A stretch of DNA of 64,000 bases from a virus. Under the pieces are notes generated by a model, which ran no database searches, was not told where the DNA came from, and saw only the letters and a program-made list of their open reading frames with translations. A program made the position numbers and the translations under genes. The stretch lies in the IMG/VR virus record IMGVR_UViG_3300025849_000009. One strand, written 5' to 3'. This document shows, piece after piece, positions 9,676 to 19,385 of this stretch. Position 1 is the first letter of the stretch. Each line of letters opens with the position of its first letter.

Positions 9676-9870
9676 TTAAAATAAAAAATTTTGTACAGCT
9701 TCATAAACAAAATCAGAATCTTCGTTTAATAAATCTAATTGTTCGTCTGTCATTTCTTTACCATCATATTCTGCGTATGCAATAAAAGCATCACAAAAAT
9801 CTGGGTAATCCGATGTGTCTATACCATCTACTTCTACGTCGCTAATCTTAGCGTAATCTAAATTTGTCAT
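9676..9870 (-). CDS. Small acidic hypothetical phage protein
   Basis: DGID..DYPDFCDAFI; follows a class I promoter. Confidence 0.8.
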   Translation of the reverse strand: MTNLDYAKISDVEVDGIDTSDYPDFCDAFIAYAEYDGKEMTDEQLDLLNEDSDFVYEAVQNFLF

Positions 9871-9885
9871 ATCTTATGTGTTTAA

Positions 9886-9925
9886 TTATACTGCTAATAT
9901 ACCACAAATAAATGACATAAAAAAA
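9886..9925 (-). promoter_or_regulatory. Class I (probably early) phage promoter
   Basis: TTTTTTTATGTCATTTATTTGTGGTATATTAGCAGTATAA. Confidence 0.8.
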
Positions 9926-9943
9926 TCTGGTGGCATTTTTTTT

Positions 9944-9969
9944 AAAAAAAAAGCGGCATAAGCCGCTTT
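9944..9969 (-). terminator. Intrinsic terminator after hsp20
   Basis: AAAGCGGC-TTAT-GCCGCTTT followed by T run. Confidence 0.85.
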
Positions 9970-9971
9970 AA

Positions 9972-10331
9972 TTATATTACTTTAATTTTTTTAGGATTTA
10001 CTTTCTTGTCTAACATGATAGTTAATATTCCATCAGACATTGTAGCAGTTACACTTTCTACATCTATATTAGATGCTCTAAATTTCTTTTCGAATGATTT
10101 TTTATATAGTGTTTCATCCTTTTCTTTAATATCTGCAGAGATTTTTAAAGTAGATCCTTCCATTTCAATTTCTAAATCTTTTTTAGAAAATCCAGGAAGT
10201 GCCATAGTAAATACTCCGTCTTCGTAATGAAAATCAGTAAGATGATCACTTATTAATTTTCCAGTTTTCCATAGAGGTTCTTGTATTCCTCTAAAAATGT
10301 TGTCAATGTGGTCGTTTGTTGTGTAAAACAT
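9972..10331 (-). CDS. Small heat-shock protein (Hsp20)
   Basis: ALPGFSK.DL.I, SF.K.F, A.M.DGIL.I alpha-crystallin motifs. Confidence 0.9.
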   Translation of the reverse strand: MFYTTNDHIDNIFRGIQEPLWKTGKLISDHLTDFHYEDGVFTMALPGFSKKDLEIEMEGSTLKISADIKEKDETLYKKSFEKKFRASNIDVESVTATMSDGILTIMLDKKVNPKKIKVI

Positions 10332-10453
10332 AGTTTGATTTTTTTATAATTATTTGAGCAACGTGCTCGTATAGTATACTGAAAATATTATACCAAACTG
10401 AGTATTAAGACTTAGTGACATATATTTTATGAACTAAGTGACATATTGTCATT

Positions 10454-11197
10454 TTAAAAGGGAACACCTTCTATAATTGGCATACCGCTCATTTTTAACA
10501 TAATGTTAGCAGTCGCTTGAATATCCTTTTCACAATATGTTTTTATTTCTTCTAACCTATCATTCCAATAATATTCGTTTACTTCTGGTCCTGACATTGC
10601 GTCTTTAGGAGATGGAATACCTAGCAGTTCTGAAATTAAACCTAATTTAGCAGAGTTCCATCCACCAAATTTCCAAACATCTTGTGTGTCTAGTAAACAG
10701 TTTTCCCATGGTTTTTGTTTATGTAAATGAAATGCAGATGGAACTTGTACCTCATTAATCAATGATCTCTTAATAATATAAGGTAAATCAAATCCTTTAA
10801 TATTATGGCCAACCCATTTCATTTTAGGATATTTCTGCATAATTTTGGCAGCAGTTTGTGAAAAGTCTTTAAGAACCTGAGCCTCATCTGTTCCACTAAA
10901 TGACATTGCTTTAAAGTCATTAGGAAATCCAGTCTCATCAAACTTTAATTGTCCTACAGAAATACAGACTATTTTACCCCATTCTGGATAAAGTCCTGCC
11001 ATACGAGACCACATTTTATGTGGATCAGCAAAGTCTTTAAGAGTTTCTGGCTGACTTTCAATAAGTTGCGTAGATTTTATATTCCAATACTCTTCGAGAG
11101 CAGGGTTCTCATCTATGATCTCCTGGAATGTTTCTTTTTGTGTACTAGTTTCGATGTCAATGAAGATCATCTGTTGAAGTTCGCTTAGTGTATACAT
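10454..11197 (-). CDS. PolB-like 3'-5' exonuclease (DEDD)
   Basis: FIDIET, GHNIKGFDLPYI, KPWE...DT...WKFG, YCEKD. Confidence 0.9.
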   Translation of the reverse strand: MYTLSELQQMIFIDIETSTQKETFQEIIDENPALEEYWNIKSTQLIESQPETLKDFADPHKMWSRMAGLYPEWGKIVCISVGQLKFDETGFPNDFKAMSFSGTDEAQVLKDFSQTAAKIMQKYPKMKWVGHNIKGFDLPYIIKRSLINEVQVPSAFHLHKQKPWENCLLDTQDVWKFGGWNSAKLGLISELLGIPSPKDAMSGPEVNEYYWNDRLEEIKTYCEKDIQATANIMLKMSGMPIIEGVPF

Positions 11198-11214
11198 ATA
11201 TTTGTTTTAATCCT

Positions 11215-11242
11215 AAAAAACGCCTAGATTAATCTAGACGTT
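11215..11242 (-). terminator. Probable intrinsic terminator
   Basis: CGTCTAGAT-TA-ATCTAGGCG followed by T run. Confidence 0.6.
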
Positions 11243-11380
11243 CTTTATACTCTCTTTTTAGGATTTGTTTATTTCTTCTTAATAATAAACTTCCAAATAA
11301 CACCAATAAGTGTGTTAGCTTTGTACTTCGCTCCTTTGTAATTTAAAAGAAACGCTTTCATGTTTGTTTGTTTTTTCATA

Positions 11381-11623
11381 TTATTGTTTTATCCAACCAG
11401 GAGCTTCGTCCCAGTTTCTGTTAGAAGATAAATGAGAATAAGAATCATATGTTAATGAAATCATAACATAACCACCAGTAATTGACGTAGGCACCGATGC
11501 TTCGTTTAACCAATAAAATGGTGCACGATCTATTCTCATATTTAAGAAATCGAATAATTCGTCTATTTGCATGTGATGTATCCACACATTAATAATCATA
11601 CAGTTCATATTAGGTTCTGCCAT
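11381..11623 (-). CDS. Hypothetical protein
   Basis: 80-aa ORF; GATAAATA upstream. Confidence 0.7.
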   Translation of the reverse strand: MAEPNMNCMIINVWIHHMQIDELFDFLNMRIDRAPFYWLNEASVPTSITGGYVMISLTYDSYSHLSSNRNWDEAPGWIKQ

Positions 11624-11668
11624 AATTCTATTTTTAATTCTTTCTATTTATCTTTTTATTTATTCGAT

Positions 11669-12601
11669 TTATCTTCTTTTGAATCTAGATTCATCTGAAG
11701 CAATCGTTGTATTAATATCCTCTTCTATATAAGCGTCAATTATTTTTTTAGTTTTATCTGAAATATCTTCTCCGTAATAGTCTTTATACATTTCTTTATA
11801 TACATGTCCCATAACACCAAATACTGGTCCAGGTTCTGATGACATTTCAATAACATAAGGATGATCTTTATCATCTATAACAATATCTACTGAATAAAAA
11901 TCTAAATCATTGTGTTCTTTTGAAAATTCTTCAACAACACCAACTAAATTTTCTGTTATAGGTGATTTTGATAATTCGTAATTAAATACTAGTTTATCAT
12001 CCGCTTTTTTAGATAGGTTTTTTGTTTCTTCGTTTGCAGGCACTCTATATACTAACATCAAAGGTTTTCCTTTCCAACAATAAATTCTAAGTTCATTTAC
12101 GATATTTATCTTTTCTGAGAAAACTGAAAACTGATCTAAATCAACGCCTTCTAAATCTTTTTCTTCTTTAAAAACCATAATACCTTGGCCACTATATCTG
12201 TTATCTGGTTTAGCTATAATAGGATATTTAAGTTCTTTTAAATTTGATTTATCAAAAACTACTTTAGGCGTATGTTTAGATTTTTCATGAGTCTTGCACC
12301 ATTTTACTTTAGAAGAAACTCTTTGTTTAGCTTCAATTGAATTATAAATAAATTTAGAATCCCATCCATCATTTATCATTTTCTCAATTTTCCAATTAGC
12401 ATAATTAAGAACTGGAATTTCAGAAGGTTCTGCTTTTTTATTTTTATCTAATAATTCAAATACCTTTGAGACATTATATTTAGAATCATACACATATTTA
12501 TTATCTGGCATTTCTACAGAAACCGCGATGCAGATTTTTTTAAGTTGATCAGTTTCATCAGCTTCTAAAAGAAAATCTTTAAATGTGTATATACTTCTCA
12601 T
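11669..12601 (-). CDS. ATP-grasp fold protein (RimK-like)
   Basis: YPIIAKP...SGQGI, EKI....ELR, LDFYSVDIV, PYVIEMSSEPG. Confidence 0.8.
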   Translation of the reverse strand: MRSIYTFKDFLLEADETDQLKKICIAVSVEMPDNKYVYDSKYNVSKVFELLDKNKKAEPSEIPVLNYANWKIEKMINDGWDSKFIYNSIEAKQRVSSKVKWCKTHEKSKHTPKVVFDKSNLKELKYPIIAKPDNRYSGQGIMVFKEEKDLEGVDLDQFSVFSEKINIVNELRIYCWKGKPLMLVYRVPANEETKNLSKKADDKLVFNYELSKSPITENLVGVVEEFSKEHNDLDFYSVDIVIDDKDHPYVIEMSSEPGPVFGVMGHVYKEMYKDYYGEDISDKTKKIIDAYIEEDINTTIASDESRFKRR

Positions 12602-12612
12602 CTAATATATAT

Positions 12613-13041
12613 CTACGAAGGAAATACTTCTATCGTTCTTTCTTCTCTAACTAGGTCTGCCCATTTACCTTCATATCTTGTACCCTTAACAATATGGTTG
12701 TCAACCCAATGATAATTACCACCTCTTGGTTTTCCCATTAATAGTCCATGATATTTAAAACCATGTTTATTTAGCCAATTTTCTGTAATCTCTCTTACGT
12801 CTTCAGTTCTTGAAGTAAAGAAAGTTACAACATGTCCTTCGTCATACCATCTATTAAGTGTTTCTACAGATCCTTCATATGGTAAAACTATTGACATTCT
12901 TTCTGGCTCTTCGTTTGGTACATCATCTGTAATTGTACCGTCAATATCAATTAAATAATTCTTAGCACCATTCTTTAAAACGGGTGATACTAAATGCCCA
13001 TCATCTCCAACGATCTCGTTAAATGTAATCTCTTTTTTCAT
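12613..13041 (-). CDS. Small HAD-family phosphatase
   Basis: IDIDGT, FTSR, GKPRGG..HWVD. Confidence 0.85.
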   Translation of the reverse strand: MKKEITFNEIVGDDGHLVSPVLKNGAKNYLIDIDGTITDDVPNEEPERMSIVLPYEGSVETLNRWYDEGHVVTFFTSRTEDVREITENWLNKHGFKYHGLLMGKPRGGNYHWVDNHIVKGTRYEGKWADLVREERTIEVFPS

Positions 13042-13056
13042 ATTGTTTTTTATTAA

Positions 13057-14388
13057 TTATTTCTTTCTCATAAATGATACATTAATGTATCTTTTCCCAC
13101 TGTGTATTGGTCTGGCACCATGTTTATGTGTAATCATTCCTGGGTGAATGGTTGCAGTGCCCACTAATTTTGGATTTGATAATATTTTATATTTTGGAAA
13201 CCATGTACCGCCTCCATCAAACTCATCGTTTAATTTTACTACCATTGTAATATGACTAAAGTCGTGATGTAAACTTAAATGAGATTGTCTATCAGTAGTG
13301 TATCTTACCATAAAGTTTTCAGTATCCATATTGTCCCAACCTGCACCTTCTAATTCCCATAAATGTATACAAAGAGGAGAAACTATTTCTCTTACAACTC
13401 TATTATAAATATGATCTAATCCTATTTCTGGTAATAAGACATCGTTTGTTGGATAAAATTCGTGTCTGTCTTTTGTCCATTTATCCATAACTTCTGCCAA
13501 ACCTACGGCTTCTTTACAGAATTTTTCTGTAAATAATGGAAACTCATAAATATTATTTCCTATATCATCTACCATTAAATCATATTCACCCTTAGATACC
13601 GTTTCGTTTACATATTTTGATTTCCATGAATCCCAATCACTATCATCTAATATTTCGAAATATGGTTGTGTTTTCAATAAATTAATATTCGCATCATATG
13701 GTTCTGTCATAGATTGTTCATGCGGTCTATTTTGTTCTATCCAATTATCAACTGGAGCTATCGCTTTAAGTTTTGGTGGAAACAGTATATTAATATCTTG
13801 TCTTCTATGCTCTGTATATGTTGCTGTTAAGAATTCGTCGGGTGCAATTAGATTTTGTTTAAAGTTATAATCATTGACTAGTATTTTTGCAGTGTCTCTT
13901 TTAATTACATACGCGTGTGTATTATAACTACTAAGAGCTGTTACCCATTTATTACTTGCATCAATTCTTTTTTCATCCTTAGAACATATAGCATTTCTAC
14001 CTAAAAATGCAATATCCCATTCTGTATTTGGAATAACTGGATTTGTAAGCGGAGCTACTGAAACAAAATCATCTTCTAATATTAATGCACAATTGACATT
14101 GTTTTCTATTATATTGTTCCATATACTTAAGTGGCTAATTGCACAACCTGCTTCTCCACCAGTAACATCTCTTTTCCACCAATCATTCCATGAATCAGAT
14201 CCTAAATTCCATAAATCATATACACTATGTCCATCTAATAAATTACCTGAAGTTCCATCAAAACCTTGAACTATTTCCCATTCTACAGAATATGGCATAC
14301 CAAGTTGATCTACCCTGGTGGCAATGTTTCTCTGAATACTTGGATCTCCGGCATTCAAACTTATAATATAAATTTTATCTATTTTCAT
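13057..14388 (-). CDS. GT25 glycosyltransferase fused to PLOD-like lysyl hydroxylase (2OG-Fe(II) oxygenase)
   Basis: N-terminal IYIISL, GE.GCAISH..IW, LILEDD, THAY; C-terminal FPLF..FC, NFMVRY...Q..L..HHD.S, GGGT.F, HPG..TH.H, RYI.VSF; start MKIDK overlaps upstream stop. Confidence 0.88.
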   Translation of the reverse strand: MKIDKIYIISLNAGDPSIQRNIATRVDQLGMPYSVEWEIVQGFDGTSGNLLDGHSVYDLWNLGSDSWNDWWKRDVTGGEAGCAISHLSIWNNIIENNVNCALILEDDFVSVAPLTNPVIPNTEWDIAFLGRNAICSKDEKRIDASNKWVTALSSYNTHAYVIKRDTAKILVNDYNFKQNLIAPDEFLTATYTEHRRQDINILFPPKLKAIAPVDNWIEQNRPHEQSMTEPYDANINLLKTQPYFEILDDSDWDSWKSKYVNETVSKGEYDLMVDDIGNNIYEFPLFTEKFCKEAVGLAEVMDKWTKDRHEFYPTNDVLLPEIGLDHIYNRVVREIVSPLCIHLWELEGAGWDNMDTENFMVRYTTDRQSHLSLHHDFSHITMVVKLNDEFDGGGTWFPKYKILSNPKLVGTATIHPGMITHKHGARPIHSGKRYINVSFMRKK

Positions 14389-15404
14389 ATAGATTCTAAT
14401 ATGTTTTTCCAATCATATGATCTGGCATTCCATGTTTGTTGTTTAGACCATTTATAAGCATCATTAATTGATTTATCTTTAAGTCCACTACTTAGTGTAC
14501 CTAGTATTTGTATAACCTGATTCCAATTTGTTTCATTTCTTTCTAAGATAACTCCACTATTTACAGTCTCTTTTAATGCTGCTACCGTGGTAACAATAGG
14601 TAATACTTTGGCATATTGCATTTCAAGCGCAGTAATACAATATGTTTCTTCATAATCAGTTACATAGCACCAATATTCTGCACGTAACATTGCAGCGTGT
14701 AATGTTTCTTGATCTACTGTACCATGACACGTAACTTCTTCAAACTTATTAAATGAATAGTCAGTATGATTTGCTATAGAATAGCCTGGAGAATATATGT
14801 CTAATGTTGCATGTGGCATTATATCTTTTATCTTTGGCCAGTTTTTTAATAATTCTAATAAGCCACGTTCAGGTGCAGAACTATATATGAATTTACCTTT
14901 TATTTTTTCAGGAGTACCATTAAATGTCGAAGGATCAATGGCATTACCAATCACTGAGATTTTATTTAAAGGTATATTATATGTGTGTGCCCAATGATTC
15001 TTATGCCAGTTAGTCAAACAAATTGTATGATCAACTTGTTGTGTTAAAATGTTTGCGTCTCCTAACACTTTATGATTCCACCATGGGTGATGATGTGTAT
15101 TATGTGCCCAAAATACTTTCTTTGCTGAATACCCTTCAAACTCTTTTAGAAAATGGATATAACTTGCAGATATAATATAATCAAACTGATCAAAATATTT
15201 TTCATGAACAGTATGTGTTGATATCCATTCTACACCATCAATTAAACCAGAATCTTTTACTTCACCAGAAACCACAACCTTATAACCAAATTTAACTATC
15301 TCTTTAGCTATATTAATTATAGCAATTTCAGTTCCTGCTAATCCAATACTGGTATTGCTATCAAATTTGTTTTTTTGATAACCCGCATAAAATAATATTC
15401 TCAT
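14385..15404 (-). CDS. GT-B (GT4-like) glycosyltransferase
   Basis: GTE, YSS.P.RGL..LL..WP, ETYCITALE. Confidence 0.88.
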   Translation of the reverse strand: MRILFYAGYQKNKFDSNTSIGLAGTEIAIINIAKEIVKFGYKVVVSGEVKDSGLIDGVEWISTHTVHEKYFDQFDYIISASYIHFLKEFEGYSAKKVFWAHNTHHHPWWNHKVLGDANILTQQVDHTICLTNWHKNHWAHTYNIPLNKISVIGNAIDPSTFNGTPEKIKGKFIYSSAPERGLLELLKNWPKIKDIMPHATLDIYSPGYSIANHTDYSFNKFEEVTCHGTVDQETLHAAMLRAEYWCYVTDYEETYCITALEMQYAKVLPIVTTVAALKETVNSGVILERNETNWNQVIQILGTLSSGLKDKSINDAYKWSKQQTWNARSYDWKNILESI

Positions 15405-15415
15405 TATAATCTAGC

Positions 15416-15442
15416 AAAAAAAACCCACACGAATGTAGGTTT
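15416..15442 (-). terminator. Intrinsic terminator
   Basis: AAACCTACA-TTCG-TGTGGGTTT followed by T run. Confidence 0.75.
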
Positions 15443-15452
15443 AATTTATAAT

Positions 15453-16364
15453 TTAGTTCTTATTTCTTTTAACTTTAGGTGGAGCGTCTATAAACCAACC
15501 CTTATAATATTCTCTTTTTTCATAGATATAATTCATGTAATCATCCACTTTGCCCTTCCAATCTTCATCAATTGCTGGATTTATAATTCCAGATTTGTAA
15601 CTAGAAAAAACCTGATTAATCCATTCTGCACCGCTTTCTTTATTATCATAAAGACTAGAGTTTATAGTATAAAAAGATCCTCTGCTTATATTATTCCACA
15701 CATCCATTGGATAAACTTCTTTTTCAAGAACAACAGAATATAATGCACTTTCACTAATGTGTGTACTATATACTGTTTTAGCTTTTTGTAAAAAGTAATA
15801 AAGATCTATGTCTCTTGGTAAAATAGATTCTTCACCAAATAAATCTTTAATTTCACCTATAACTGCATGTGTAGTAATAGGATGTGGTTTAAAATAAACA
15901 TCACCTTTATGTTTCTCAGCAACTTCAATTAATTTATTTAAACAACAATTTTCTTTAAGCTTATTTGAACCTGGTAAAATAACCAAAGTGCTTTTATCTT
16001 CATATCTGTCGAAATCTTTCTTGCGATTTTGATATTTATTAGCTTGATCTTTTTCGATATTTTCTTTAAAGTAAGATACCCAATCATAGACGTGTTCGAC
16101 ATCATGTACTAAAGCATCAGCAATTTGTTCTCTTCTCATTTTGAGATTTAGTGGTTGCATTAAAAAACAAGTAGCATATTCTGTATATCCCATTGTTTTA
16201 AAGTACGGCATTTCTTCTGCTATAACATCATAACTGTGTTCTAATCCAAGTTCTCTACATTTTCTTAAAACATATCGTTCCACTTGTTCGAGTGGTTCTA
16301 GTTTTGTATTTTTCTTTAGAGGCCCAATTCTTTCATTTAGCACCTTTTTGTTAAACATTTCCAT
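15453..16364 (-). CDS. Putative CMP-sugar (Kdo/sialyl-type, KpsS/KpsC-like) glycosyltransferase
   Basis: YFKPHP motif followed by a ...V.S..ISES.L.S.VL.K.V segment typical of HP-motif GT-B enzymes; assignment tentative. Confidence 0.55.
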   Translation of the reverse strand: MEMFNKKVLNERIGPLKKNTKLEPLEQVERYVLRKCRELGLEHSYDVIAEEMPYFKTMGYTEYATCFLMQPLNLKMRREQIADALVHDVEHVYDWVSYFKENIEKDQANKYQNRKKDFDRYEDKSTLVILPGSNKLKENCCLNKLIEVAEKHKGDVYFKPHPITTHAVIGEIKDLFGEESILPRDIDLYYFLQKAKTVYSTHISESALYSVVLEKEVYPMDVWNNISRGSFYTINSSLYDNKESGAEWINQVFSSYKSGIINPAIDEDWKGKVDDYMNYIYEKREYYKGWFIDAPPKVKRNKN

Positions 16365-16438
16365 ATATAAAAAGTAATTTAATAGTTATACACAATAACA
16401 TGTGTTTGTTTAATTATTTATCTCATTTATTTTTAGAG

Positions 16439-16468
16439 CAAAAAAAAAGCATACCTAAGTATGCTTTT
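16439..16468 (-). terminator. Intrinsic terminator after the Thr-rich gene pair
   Basis: AAAGCATAC-TTAG-GTATGCTTT followed by long T run. Confidence 0.8.
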
Positions 16469-16487
16469 TAAATTAATTGAGTTATTT

Positions 16488-19310
16488 CTAGTTACCATTA
16501 TAACTGTTTACTCTCCATTGTCTATTTGTATTATAAACATCTAGTGGTTCGTTAGTTGAATACCAAGTTTCTTGTACTTCGTAATCTGTACTCCACGTTG
16601 TAGTAATAGCACTTGTTGTAGATCTCGTTGTGTTCCACGTTGTTGTTGTGTTCCATGTGGTATTCCACGAAGTAGTAACACTATAGATAGTTGACCATAT
16701 AGTCGTTGTCGATTTAGATGTCGCTGCATTTGTATTAAATGTAGTCGTAGTTGATCTAGTCGTATTAAATGTGGTCGTAGTCGAGTGGCTTGTATTAAAT
16801 GTAGTCGTAGTCGTTTTAGACGTTGTTTGAGACGTATTAAATGTTGTCACCCATGATGTAGTCCATGAAGTTGTCGTTGACTGATTAGTATTAAACGTTG
16901 TCAACCAAGTTGTATTAAATGTAGTTATAGTTGACTTACTAGTTTGATATTGTGTAGTCCACGATGTTGTACGTGTATAGTTTGTAATTCTACTAGTTTC
17001 CCAAGTTGTTGTCCATGCAGTTGTCGTCGCATGTTCTGTTCCCCTATTAGTTCCTCTGGATGTACTCCATATAGTTACTGTCGAATGAGACGTTCCATGA
17101 TTCGTAGACTGGGACGTATTAAACGTAGTCGTAGTTGAATGCTCTGTTGACCTAGTTGTATTCCATGAAGTAGTCCATGAAGTATTGAACGTAGTTACTG
17201 TAGATTTACTTGTTGACCATGTTGTTGTAAACGTAGTCGTTGTTGAATGTTCTGTTCCTCTAGTCGTGTTCCATGAAGTTGTCCATGATGTATTGTAAAC
17301 TGTAGTCGTTGCTCTAGTCGTATTCCATGATGTGTTAAAAACTGTAGTAGTCACATGCTCTGTTCCTCTAGTCGTGTTCCATGAAGTTGTCCATGAGGTA
17401 GTATAACTCGTCGTCGTAGCTCTACTAGTTGACCATGTTGTATTAAATGTAGTTGTTGTAGATTTAGTCGTTGACTGATTAGTATTAAACGTCGTTGTCC
17501 ATGAGGTAGTATAACTCGTCGTCGTAGCTCTACTAGTTGACCACGTTGTATTAAATGTAGTTGTTGTAGATTTAGTCGTTGACTGATTAGTATTAAACGT
17601 TGTCACCCACGAAGTAGTCCACGAAGTTAACGTTGTTTTAGTTGTGTTCCATGTTGTGTTATAAACCGTAGTAGTTGACCTAGAAGTTGACTGATTTGTA
17701 TTAAAAGTAGTAGTCGTTGTTCTAGAAGTAGATCTCTTTGTATTTCGCGATGTTATCCAAGTAGTATTAAATGTTGTCGTAGTCGATTTGCTAGTTGACC
17801 ACGCTGTATTGTAAACTGTTGTTGTGGTTTTATTCGTGCCTCTGGTTGTGTTCCATGAGGTAGTCCACGAAGTAGTCCACGAAGTTAGCGTTGATTTAGT
17901 TGTGTTCCATGATGTGTTATAAACCGTAGTAGTTGACCTAGAAGTTGACTGACTTGTATTAAATGTTGTCGTAGTCGATTTACTAGTTGATCTAGTTGTA
18001 TTTCTTGATGTTGACCAGGTTGTCGTAAATGTTGTCGTAGTCGATTTACTTGTTGACTGGCTTGTATTAAAAGTTGTAGTTGTAGATTTATTAGTTCCTC
18101 TACTAGTTCCTCTTACGGTGTTCCATGAAGTTGTCCATGTAGTTACAGTGGATTTGCTAGTTGACTGACTTGTATTAAAAGTTGTCGTTGTTGCTCTAGT
18201 TGTGTTCCATGTCGTTGTAGTAGATTTACTAGTTGACCATGTTGTAGTCCAATTAGTTGTAGTAGATTTACTAGTTATAAACGTCGTTGTAGTAGATTTA
18301 CTAGTTGCAAATGTAGTAGTAGTTGAATGTTCCGTTGATCTACTAGTTATAAATGTTGTTGTAGTAGATTTAGACGTATTAAACGTAGTCGTTGTCGATT
18401 TACTAGTTGCCCATGTAGTCGTGGTTGCACGCGTTGTATTCCTATGAGTTGCAAATGTAGTTGTAGTAGATTTAGACGTATTAAACGTAGTCGTTGTTGA
18501 TTTACTAGTTGCCCACGTAGTCGTGGTTGCACGCTCCGTTGACTGACTTGTACTAAATGTAGTCGTTGTTGATTTACTAGTTGCCCATGTAGTCGTGGTT
18601 GCACGCGTTGTATTCCAAGATGTATTATATACAGTCGTTGTTGTTTTAGTTGTGTTCCACGTCGTTGTAGTTGCGCGTGATGTATTCCATGTAGTCGTGG
18701 TTGCACGCTCCGTTGACTGACTTGTACTAAATGTGGTCGTGGTTGCACGTGTTGTATTAAATGTTGTTGTGGTTGCACGTGTTGTATTCCACGAAGTAGT
18801 CCACGAAGTTAGCGTTGATTTAGTTGTATTGAACGTCGTCGTCGTAGCTCTAGTTGTATTCCAAGATGTATTGTATACGGTCGTGGTTGCACGCGTTGTG
18901 TTATACGTAGTCGTGGTTGCACGTGTTGTATTAAATGTTGTTGTTGTCGCCCTAGATGTAGATTGACTTGTATTCCACGACGTCGTAGTCGCCTTAGACG
19001 TATTCCACGTCGTCGTAGTCGCCCTAGACGTATTCCACGTCGTCGTAGTCGTCTTAGATGTACTCTTACTTGTATTATATGTCGTCGTCGTATTTTTATC
19101 TGTGAACCATGACGTCGTAACTTTAGTTGACCACCCCGTTGAAGTAGATTTATCTGTAAGTACATTCCAATAGGTAGTTTTTGCCGTATTCCTAGAAGTT
19201 GCCCTATTATATGACGTGTATAATGAAGTTGTTCGAGAATAACTAGTCGTCTTCAACGTGCTCCTAGATCCGGCGGTTAACCAAGTAGTATTAAAAAAAG
19301 TAGTAGGCAT
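16488..19310 (-). CDS. Thr-rich repeat protein, zipper strand P1 (940 aa)
   Basis: About 55 units of a 2-aa linker plus 4-aa blocks, aromatic T-x-(W/F/Y)-x or basic T-x-(R/K/Q/H)-x; antiparallel complement of P2. Confidence 0.9.
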   Translation of the reverse strand: MPTTFFNTTWLTAGSRSTLKTTSYSRTTSLYTSYNRATSRNTAKTTYWNVLTDKSTSTGWSTKVTTSWFTDKNTTTTYNTSKSTSKTTTTTWNTSRATTTTWNTSKATTTSWNTSQSTSRATTTTFNTTRATTTTYNTTRATTTVYNTSWNTTRATTTTFNTTKSTLTSWTTSWNTTRATTTTFNTTRATTTTFSTSQSTERATTTTWNTSRATTTTWNTTKTTTTVYNTSWNTTRATTTTWATSKSTTTTFSTSQSTERATTTTWATSKSTTTTFNTSKSTTTTFATHRNTTRATTTTWATSKSTTTTFNTSKSTTTTFITSRSTEHSTTTTFATSKSTTTTFITSKSTTTNWTTTWSTSKSTTTTWNTTRATTTTFNTSQSTSKSTVTTWTTSWNTVRGTSRGTNKSTTTTFNTSQSTSKSTTTTFTTTWSTSRNTTRSTSKSTTTTFNTSQSTSRSTTTVYNTSWNTTKSTLTSWTTSWTTSWNTTRGTNKTTTTVYNTAWSTSKSTTTTFNTTWITSRNTKRSTSRTTTTTFNTNQSTSRSTTTVYNTTWNTTKTTLTSWTTSWVTTFNTNQSTTKSTTTTFNTTWSTSRATTTSYTTSWTTTFNTNQSTTKSTTTTFNTTWSTSRATTTSYTTSWTTSWNTTRGTEHVTTTVFNTSWNTTRATTTVYNTSWTTSWNTTRGTEHSTTTTFTTTWSTSKSTVTTFNTSWTTSWNTTRSTEHSTTTTFNTSQSTNHGTSHSTVTIWSTSRGTNRGTEHATTTAWTTTWETSRITNYTRTTSWTTQYQTSKSTITTFNTTWLTTFNTNQSTTTSWTTSWVTTFNTSQTTSKTTTTTFNTSHSTTTTFNTTRSTTTTFNTNAATSKSTTTIWSTIYSVTTSWNTTWNTTTTWNTTRSTTSAITTTWSTDYEVQETWYSTNEPLDVYNTNRQWRVNSYNGN

Positions 19311-19385
19311 TCTCTATCTCTGTTGTTTTTTTATATATTTAAATTCTTTAATCATTTTATTTCTTAAAAAGTCTCTTAGTACTAC

